DNA of 64,000 nt from Geosiphon pyriformis uo1. Its lineage: Eukaryota > Fungi > Glomeromycota. The notes under the pieces were generated by a model. It was not told the origin of the DNA, made no database searches, and worked only from the letters and a program-made list of their open reading frames with translations. The stretch covers positions 1,374,893-1,438,892 of the forward strand of contig JAAOMT010000512.1 of the NCBI GenBank assembly GCA_016748015.1, given 5' to 3'. A program made the position numbers and the translations under genes. Position 1 is the first letter of the stretch; each line of letters starts with the position of its first letter. Positions 52,187-62,610 of this stretch are shown piece by piece.

Positions 52187-54593
52187 GTTACATAGTTTGG
52201 GGTATTGCATGATTAATCATCGCAATTAGGTTACATTTGTGTTGTGTACAATTTGGATTATTAATTAAATGATAATTTCGGACATTCTTTGCTAATGTAA
52301 TAAGTGATAATTTGAAACAATAATATATGCTAATTAATGATAGAAATTATGAGATAGTTTCATGCTAAATGATATTTCTAATTTCGTCTGGTAACACTGC
52401 ATTGATTTGAAAATAGCACTGGAAATTTTGGCAACAACAATGGTTCAATTAGTATCTAGGAGTAGTTTAGCAAAAAGAGGGATAAATATAAGAGGAGGAA
52501 TAATTAATATGAGATATATAAGAAATATCATCACCATGCTACAAAATAACTTAGAAAAGGCCTATATCATAGAGCCAAACAAAAAGATAGCACAAGCAAT
52601 CTTCCTGCCTCTGGTTAAAGTAGCTCAATTAGTATCAGTGGGAAACAAAAAAGAACTAGGGATAACAGCAAGAGGGATACAGGGATTTGGATCCACAAGT
52701 AGAATAGATATACCAGTCAATATGGTGAAGGAAAAAATTATTGGCCAAGGAGAAATTATCTCAACCAGTCAAACAATTTCTATTTCACCATATAGCAGAT
52801 ATATGTTAGCAATAAAAAGGAGAGAGAAGATGCAAGAACAGATTTTTGAAGCAAAAACAACCCTTTGTGAATCAGGAGAAATTGGACTTATCAATTTACA
52901 CATACCAGCCAAGAGCCATAACCATATCAAAATTCCCATCTACAACAACACTGGAAATGTTGTAGAGATACTGGAAAGAACTACTCTCGGATATTAACCA
53001 CGGAAATTGAAGATCAAGTACCAAGCAGCATTCCAGATTTTCCACAGCTTTGTGGATATGTAGACATTACATCACAAACTATCTATAGACAAAACGAGTG
53101 TTATCTGTTACAGCCAGAACAATTGAAACAGATAAACATAGAAAATCTAGACTCACTTCAACAGATGCAACTAAAGATGTTACTCAATAATTTCAATGAC
53201 ATCTTCACCAGTGAAAACAAATTTGGCAGAACTGATATTATCCAGCATCAGATCAAGACTGAAGATACAATGCCAATTAAACAGTAAGCATATAGGGTAC
53301 CACCAGCCAGCTATAAAATCATTTGTTAAGAGATCAACCGAATACTTGACAATGGGTTAATTTAGCCATCAATGAGCCCATGATCATTACCAATAGTACT
53401 TATCTGTAAAAAGAATAGAAAAATCCGATTTTGTGTAGACTACAGGAAACTCAATGGTGTAACTCATGGAGACAACTATCCAACTCCATGGATACAAGAA
53501 CTATTCAATACTTTCGGTGGAAACAAATGGTTCTCAATGTTAGACTTGGATAGTGGTTACTGGCAAGTAGCCATGAATCCAGCCAACAAAAAAAAAATGG
53601 CATTCACTACAAGAGAGGGAAACTTTGAGTTTGAAGTTATGCTATTCAGCTTAATCAACACTCCAGTTACATTTCAATAGCTAATGAAAATTGTGTACCC
53701 CAGCTTATTGTGAAAATCAGTAGTTGTATACTTGGATGACACCAATATGTTCTCAAAAACATTTGATAATTATCTACATTATCTCCAACAAGTGTTCGAA
53801 AGACTACGATGAGCAGGATTAAAATTGAATGCAACAAAGTGTTTTTTCAGCAAAACAGAACTAAAATTCTTGGGACACATAGTTAGCAAAGATGGCATAA
53901 AAACAGATTCAGAGAAAATAGAGATAGTAAAGAACTTTCCAATACCAACCAACGTAACCGAACTGAAATCATTTTTGGGATTCATGAGTTATTATAGATG
54001 CTTCATAAAGAATTTTTCAAAGATAGCACAACCACTTAATGATCTTCAAACCAAAAATGCAAAGTATAAATGGACTGAAACCCAGCAAGAAGCATTTGAC
54101 ATCTTAAGAAAAAAGCTTATTCAAGCTTCAGTATTGATCTATCCAGATCATAGTAAACTATTCATTATTACCACTGATGCATTAGATCAAGTATTGGGAG
54201 CAGTACTATCTCAGAAAAGATTGGATGAAAGAGAACATCCAGTCACATATGCCAACCAAGGTTTGACTCCAGCCAAAAAGAACTATGGAACACCAGAATT
54301 AGAACATCTAGCAATTTATTGGGCAGTTATGAAATGGAAAAAATACTTGAGCCAAAAGTTTGAGGTGTACACAGATCACAAAAGATTGACATCACTCCAA
54401 AAACAAAAATTTGGAAATGGAAGACAGTTAAGATGGAAAATGGCTTTTTCGACATATACTTATACCATATATTATAAAAAGGGAAAAGACAACGGAAATG
54501 CCAATGGTTTGTTGCGAATGAAACAAATCTAAGAATATTTCAACCCAAAAATATAACAAAACCAAAACAATACTTATGAAAATATAACAAAAG

Positions 54594-55977
54594 ATGAACA
54601 CACAAAAATATTAACAACTTCAACATTATATAGATACTCAACAGTTCAAGAAGAAATTATCTCAACCAGAACAAAAGAGAATCAAACAACAATCCAAATA
54701 TTTTATCACTCACCAAAATATACTTTATCAGAAAAATAGAAAAGATTCAGATCAACCAACCAGAGTAATTACAGAACCAGAAAAGAAGACAATACTGTTC
54801 AATATGCACTCAGATTTAACTGCAGGACATTTTCATAAAGAAGCAACCATAGAAAGAACCAGAAAAAGATACTATTGGCCATCAATGTATTCAGACATCA
54901 TCCAATATGTGCAAAATTATAATGCTTGTCAAAGAAGAGAAAAAACAAAACCCAGCAAACCATTGAGACCAATCAAAGTGAGACAACCATTTGACCGTAT
55001 TGGAATTGATTTAGTTAGATTATTGACAATTACCAGCAGAGGCAACAGATATATTGCAGTAGTCATAGACTATCTTATTAAATGGCCAGAAGCCAAAGCA
55101 ATTCAAAGAGCAGATACAGAATCTATTGCCAAATTCGTCCATCAAGATCTGATTTGTCAACATGGATGTCCAAAAGAATTATTATCAGACCAAGGAATCC
55201 ATTTTGTAAATAGAACATTAGCAGAACTAAGCCAAAGATTCGGAATTAAGAGACCACTATTATTATCATATCATCCACAAACCAATGGATTAGTTGAAAG
55301 ATTTAATAGAACATAGTGTGAAGCAATAACAAAACTCAGCCAAGAAAATCAGGATGAATAGAATTTGTTCATACCATCAGTATTATTTGCTTATTGGACA
55401 ATGAAGCAAGACACCACACAAGCAACACTATTTAAATTGATATATAATAGAACAGCAACATTACCAGTTGAGATAGAGGTTAATACATATCCAACTGAAC
55501 CAATAACAGAAGAGAATTTCCAAAAAACATTGTTAAGAAGAACATATGACTTAATGGAAACATTGGAAAACAAACAAAAAAGAACAGCTGATAACATACA
55601 AAAGTCACAAAAGAAACAGAAAGAAAGACATAATAATCAACTACCAGACAAACCAGTTGAATTCAAGAATTGGAGACAAAGTACTCTTATATCGTACCAA
55701 AGTGGAAAAACAATGAAGTGGAAAATTTGACCCCAAATGGGATGGACCATTTCACATAGAAAAAATTCTAGGAAATGGAGCTTACAAATTAAGACTGGAT
55801 AACAAAATCTTAACCAAAACAGCACATAAAGATCGACTAAAACCATACCACAACATCACACCATCATCTACCAGTAATATTCCACAATTAGGAGTACAGA
55901 AGATACTAGTCCAACCAGAGGAGATTCCATGAAATTTGAAACCAATCATTATCATTAACAATAACATGTTAAATTAA
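54594..55977 (+). pseudogene. Element D stand-alone integrase ORF
   Basis: ATG lies 61 nt after the pol stop and in a different frame. HSDLTAGHF...ACQ...IGIDLV...DYLIKW...SDQG...YHPQTNGLVERFN...KWDGPF. Confidence 0.88.
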
Positions 55978-56001
55978 TCCATCAAAAAAATATATAAAGA
56001 C

Positions 56002-56661
56002 ATGGTAAATGTAACAAGAAATATTAGAAAAATAGAAATTACAGACAACATCTACTCACTAGCACAACAACTTTTTCAATTAATTCAATACCAAGAGATA
56101 GAAATTACAATTAATCAACAAACCATCTAATATCAAGACACTAGAAAGACATTGCCACATAAAACACAGAAGAAAACAGAAAATACTATTGACAAAATTA
56201 TTGTGAAAGTAAAATTAGCAATAAAAAAGTTGACAAAAGAGTCACTATACCAAGAGTTAACTAAAGAAACTTGGAATTGGTGGATATAACAATTTCCAAG
56301 AAACTATTGTTATTTTTACTTGGGACAACATGTGAATATCCAGAATCTATATACAGATAAAACAAAGCAATAATTCGACACAAAAATACTACAACAATTA
56401 GAACATTTTTTGGGAAAAAACAACTTATCTACACAGGCCTGAGCCATATACCGAATACACACAGCATTTCAGGATCAACCAGAAATCTTACTCAACAAAG
56501 CAATGAATACAGTTATCAGTAATAAATTAGAAAAAATCACCAACACTCAATTTGAAGAATTACAGACTTAAATAACACAAGTAATTCTCAAAAATGAAAT
56601 TCAGAAAATACTTTAAGAAGGAGAATTAACAGAGTTAGATTTCAATGGAGCTCAATATTAA
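56002..56661 (+). pseudogene. Element D ORF3, about 220 aa, unknown function
   Basis: A single frame from ATG 56002 to ELDFNGAQY* just before the PPT. Internal stops are all TAA/TGA compatible with CAA/CGA deamination. Confidence 0.72.
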
Positions 56662-59600
56662 AAGGAGGGAATAATATTACTCATAGAAATATAAGAAATA
56701 TATATTAGCATAGTTATTAACCAATCAAAAGTAGACATAGTAAAATATGGAATTCCAGGATTCCTTTCAGGAATTGCAGGATTCCAGGAATTCCAAAATT
56801 CCTGTTGTGAAGAATTGAGGAATTGAGGAATCTTAATTATGTATATATAACAGTAGGATTAGAAGCTAAAAAGACAGACCTTCAAGTTTAGATTTTATCT
56901 AGACAATCTTTCAAACACAATAAATAACTATTTAGTATCTCAAACTTAATTCCACTATTAACACTCCATGTTGATAGTAATTGATACTTAAACACACTAA
57001 AACAATAGCTCTTGATCATGGCTATTGATGGGATACTGACTTGCAAAATTGCCTTGGCTTATTTATGATTTTTTTTTATTTCTTTTCTTTATTTTATTTT
57101 GATTTTATTGTTGTACACTAATTGGTTGAATAAAGCACTAGATTACTGACATCAAAAATTGCCTGGTAAAAGACCCCTGTGAGAGGGTAAGACATGTACA
57201 AAAGATATGGAATACTTACCAGAGGATTGCCAGCCATTACACCAAGAGAAGAATTGACAGAATTGTAATTCTGGGAAGCTATGGATAAAACAACTATTGA
57301 ATCTCTGTCCATTATACAAAAAACTCAACCCAAAACCTTCAGATACAAAACCTTCAGATACAAAATCTTCAGATTAATAACATCAACGCAAAAAACTTTT
57401 AGCACCAAATTACAGGTTTGTTATTTGATTCAACACCCTAAATAATCACTCGTAATACTGCTGATGGAGCAACCAAAACTCTTATTAGTGAAATTGACGA
57501 CTTTTCTATCAAAGCCAATAGTATTATTGTCCCAATCAAAGTATTAGTCATGGAAGCCACCCAATACCAAGCACTCGTTGGTAATAATTGGCTATTCAAA
57601 ATCAATGCATTGCTTGATTAGAATACGCAGGAGCTTCAAATTAGCCAGAATGGCCAACACACACATGTACCAACTACATGTGGCCATTTCAAGACCACCA
57701 ACTCAACAACACCACTCATCAAGTTTGAGGAAAAAAAGAAGAAACCTACCTGAGAAGCCTATCAAGTGTTATGAACTGAAGAAGACCACAACAAGTTACC
57801 ACTAATACTCTCTTGGGACGATAATGGAAATGGAAAAAAAAAGGAAAAACTTATTTGGAACACCAACCAAGACTGAGAAACTAACAATGACTCAAACAAA
57901 CTACCAAACTGAGAATAAGAAGAAACTGACAAAAAAAAAGAAGGAAGAAGATCTAACCAAAGAAACAACTGCTACAGAAGAAATAACTAGTAACTGAGAA
58001 AAAAACTACTCATAGGAACTGATAAAAGAGCCACCATATATATTCCTTAAATATAAAGACTGTGGAAAAAAACTTTCTTTCATGAGAGCTTGGGTCATGC
58101 CAGATGAAGATTACTAAATGCAAACCCATTATTATTGCAAGCCATGCCACTGCAAATGCTATGGCTATCCAAAAAGACAAGACAAGTAGGACAATGAACT
58201 ATGTCTCGCTTGCAGTAAACAACTACTGGATGAAGGAATGTGGAACAACATTCCTGGACGAGGAGGAACATGCAATGCTTTATGCCAATATACAATCTTC
58301 ATCAGTAATTGGATGAGTTATGATATGCCAATAACTGCTGTCTGGCACTGTGTGATATCTCACTTGGACAGTTACCCACATAATAAAGACAAAATCTGGT
58401 GGATGACAAATGCCAAAGTAGAAAGTACCACACTTAGCAAAATATTAGAAATCAAGAATAACTTTCCAAAACCAGTCAATATTGTTTTGATTCCCAATCT
58501 AAATGCTTTCCTGAACCTGGAAACAGACCCAGAAGAATTTCATAAGCACTACCAAAATTTGGCACCAACAAGAAAGGAACAAGAGCAGCATTTAGCCCAA
58601 ATAAACACCTGACTATGTGACCATTGTTTGATCCCATGTGACTTTCAATATTGTAATGAGTGTAACCTTATTTACAATTTACCACCATGCATAATCTACA
58701 CAATTTCAGAGGAAGAACCAATTAGCAGCTGCACATTAGAATTAGAACCAACTTTTAATCCTGATTCAAACTTTGACAACGATGACAACAAAAATAACAG
58801 TTTTAGCTCTGTTCAATGTGGCAATGAAAAATATAACAATTTGAACTCCGATTCAAACCCCAAAACATATATCACACTCCCTAATCTTACCAAGGAACAG
58901 GAACTTAAATGGTTCAGCAATAATAATGAAAGTATTATGCCAGAACGTGCACACAATACTAATGCAGGGTTTGATCTAAGATATCCAGGGAAAAATGCCA
59001 TCAAATTGGAATCACATTTACACACATGCATTGATCTCAAAGTAACACTAGAAATTCCAGCAACAACAATGGTTCAATTAGCATCTAGGAGTAGTTTGGC
59101 AAAAAAGGGAATCAATATTAGAGAAGGAATAATTGACACAAGATATATAAGAAATATTATTACTATGCTACAAAATGATTCAGAAAAAACCTATATCATA
59201 AAGCTAAGTGAAAAGATAGCACAGGCAATATTCCTGCCTCTGGTAAAAGTAGCTCAATTAGTATCAGTAGGAAACAGAGAAAAATTAGGGATTACAGATA
59301 GAGAGATACAGAGTTTTAGATCAATGAGTAGAATAGATATACTAGTTAATATGGCAGAGGAAGAAATTATTAACAAAGGAGAAATTATCTCAACTCATCA
59401 ATCAATTTCTATTCCACCATATGACCAGTATATGTTAGCCATAAAAAAAGAAATAAAGAATCAAGCTCAGTTGTTTAAAACAGAAGCTACTATTTGTGAA
59501 TCAGGAGAAATTGGACTCACTAATCTCTACCTATTAGCCAAAAGCCCTAAAAACATCAAAATTCTCATCTACATCACAACTGGAAATGTTATTGAGATAC

Positions 59601-62600
59601 CAAAAGAATTCATCATCGGATATTTAACCACCAAAGGGAAGAATCAACCACCAAACCACATTTCAGATTTCCCACAGCTTTGCAGATATGTGGATATTAC
59701 ATCACAAACCATTTATGGACAAAGCAAATGTTATCTGCTCCAATTAGAACAATTGGAACAAATAAATTTGGGAAACTTAGACCCACTTCAATGAATGCAA
59801 CTCAAGATGTTGCTCAACAATTTCAATGACATCTTTGCCAGTGAAAATAAATTTGGCAGAACTAACATAATCCAGCACCAGATCAAGACTAAAAATACAA
59901 TGCCAATAAAACAAAAAGCATATAGAGTATTACCAGCCAGCCATGAAATCATTCGTCAAGAAATTAATTAGATGCTTGACAATGGGCTAATTCAGTCATC
60001 AATAAGTCCATGGTTATCACCAGTGGTATTAGTCTGGAAGAAGAATAGAAAAATCTATTTCTGTGTAAATTATTGAAAACTGAATGGAGTAATCAAAGGT
60101 GATAGTTATTCAACTCTAAAGATCCAAGAACTATTTGATGCTTTTGGAGGAAATAAATGGTTCTCGACACTAGATTTAGATAGTGGTTACTAACAAGTAG
60201 CCATGAATTCAGCCGACAAAAAGAAAACAGTATTTACCACAAAAGAGAGAAATTTTGAGTTTGAAGTCATGCCATTTGGCTTGATAAACACCCCAGCAAC
60301 ATTTCAACAGCTTATGGAAATTGTCTATACTGGATTACTATAGAAATTAGTAGTCGTATACTTGAATGACACCAATGTGTTCTCAAAAACATTTAATGAT
60401 CATCTGCATCATCTTCAACAAATGTTTAAAAGATTAAGAAGAGCCGGATTGAAACTAAATGCAACTAAATGTTTCTTTGAAAAAACTGAACTCAAGTTTT
60501 TGGAACATGTGGTAAGCAAAGATGGAATCAAAACGAATCCAAACAAAATTGAAATTGTTAAAAACTTTCCAGTACCAAATAATCTCACAAAATTGAGAGC
60601 ATTTTTGGGATTTGCTAAATACTACCACCACTTCATTAAAGACTTTTCCAAAATAGCTCAACCACTACATCAGCTTAAAACAAAAAACACCAAATATGAA
60701 TGGACAGAAACCCAACAAAAAGCTTTTGATACATTAAGAAGAAAGCTTATTCAAGCCCCAGTACTGATCTATCCAAATTATAGTAAGTCATTCATAATTA
60801 CAACTGATGCATCTGATCAAGCATTGGGAGCAGTACTATCACAGAAAGAATCAGATGGAGAGAACATTTAGTAGCTTACATCAGTAGAAGCTTAAGTTCA
60901 GTAGAAAAAAACTATAGAACTCCAGCACTAAAACACTTAGCTATCTATTGGGCTGTCATCAAATGAAAAAAATACTTGAGTCAAAAGTTTGATGTATATA
61001 CTGATCACAAAGGATTAACTTTAATTCAGAAACAAAAATTTGGAGATGATCGCCATGTCAGATAGAAAATAGAACTTTCATCATTTAATTATACAGTACA
61101 TTACAAAAAAGAAAAAAACAATGAAAATGCTGACAGATTGTCATAAATGAGACAAATTTAAAAACATTTCAACCCAAAAATATAACAAAAGATGAATATA
61201 CAAAAATACCAACAACTCTAATATTATATAAATACCCAATTGTTCAAGAAAAAATTATCTCAAAAAGAATAAAACAACATAAAACAGCAATCAAAACATT
61301 TTATCAACCATCAAAATATACTTTATTGGAAAAACAAAAAAAATCCAGACCAACCAACCAGAGTAATTACAGAACCAGAAAAAGAGACAATATTATTTAA
61401 CATATACTCAGACCCAACAGCAAAACATTTTTATAAAGAAGCAATCATGAAAAGAACCAGAAAAAAATACTATTGGCTATCAATATATCCAGACATCATT
61501 CAGTATATTCAAAATTGTGATGTTTGTTAGAGAAGAGGAGGAACAACACCCAGTAAATCATTAAGACTAATCAAAGTGGGACAACTATTCGATCATGTTA
61601 GAATTGACTTAATCAAACCATTAACAATCACCAGCAGAGGCAACAGATATATTGCAGTAGCCATGGACTATCTCACTAAATGGCCAGAGGCAAAAGCTAT
61701 TCAAAGAGCAGATGCAGAATCCGTTGCCAAATTTGTTCATCAAGATTTGATCTGTCAGCATGGATGTCCAAAAGAACTACTATCAGATCAAGGAACCCAC
61801 TTTGTGAACAGAACATTGACAGAATTAAGTCAAAGATTTGGAATTAAAAGACCATTATTATTATTATACCATCTACAAATGAATGGCTTAGTTAAAAGAT
61901 TTAATAGAACACTGTGTGAAACAATCACAAAAATCAGCCAAAAAAATCAAGAGGAATGAGATTTGTTTATACCATCAGTATTATTTGCTTATTGGACAAT
62001 AAAGCAAGATACCACACAAACAACACCATTTAAATTGGTATACGGTAGAACAGCAACATTACTAGTTGAGATAAAAGTCAATATATATCCAACTGAACAA
62101 TAACAGAAGATAATTTCCAAGAAACATTGTTGAGAAAAACATATAACTTAATGGAAACACTAGAAAACAGATAACGAAAAGCAGCTGATAACATCTAAAA
62201 GTCACAAAAAAAGCAAAAAGAATGATATGATAATCAACTACCAAATAAACTGGTTAAATTCAAGATTGAAGACAAAGTACTATTATATTATACCAAAGTG
62301 GAAAAACAATGGAGTGGAAAATTTGACCCCAAATGGGATAGACCATTTTACATAGAAGAAATTCTAAGAAATGGAGCTTATAAATTAAGATAAAACAACA
62401 AAATTTTAGCCAAAGCAGCATATAGTAATTGACTGAAACCATATTACCAGATAGTATCATCATCCACCAATAACATTCCACAATTAGAAGTACAAAGAAT
62501 ATTAGTTCAACCAGATGAGATTCCACAAGATCTGGAACTAATCATAGTTATTGAACCAAACACATCAAATTGAACAACCAAAAGAGTATATAAAGACACA

Positions 62601-62610
62601 TTACATGTGA

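Larger units (their letters stand above)
42754..52396 (-). mobile_element. Gypsy element E (family Y), full length, inserted in the dUTPase of D; 3' LTR 42754-43705, 5' LTR from 52396 into the gap; TSD CTGC
   Basis: CTGC at 42750-53 and 52397-400; PPT GAGGAGGAGGTTA. Contains gag CHYCGISGHWKRDC, PR LILDSGSAGS, Cys-rich domain, dUTPase (~48170-47755), RT YLDD, RNase H (stop 45945-43), integrase 45893-44508 and ORF3 44393-43674. Confidence 0.95.
37724..57457 (+). mobile_element. Gypsy element D (family X), full length, inserted in the protease of C; LTRs 37724-38571 and 56675-57457; TSD CCAC/CTGC (inferred ancestral CCGC)
   Basis: Paired LTRs, PBS at 38574-38590 and PPT AAAAGGAGGGAATAA. Contains gag CHNCGKQGHIRANC, PR LILDSGSAGS, Cys-rich domain, dUTPase (split by E), RT YLDD, RNase H (stop 54532), integrase 54594-55977 and ORF3 56002-56661. 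Confidence 0.95.
33350..62610 (+). mobile_element. Gypsy element C (family X), outer host of the nest; 5' LTR 33350-34158; own internal pieces 34159-35585, 36577-37723, 57462-62610; remainder lies beyond the window
   Basis: LTR TGTTACTC...TGTAACA is followed by a PBS. Gag resumes across the solo LTR (FTV|PQILNQ) and protease resumes across element D (IIT|ADGATKT). Then come the Cys-rich domain, dUTPase (~58910-59330), RT, RNase H (stop 61159-61) and integrase (61192-62573). Confidence 0.9.
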
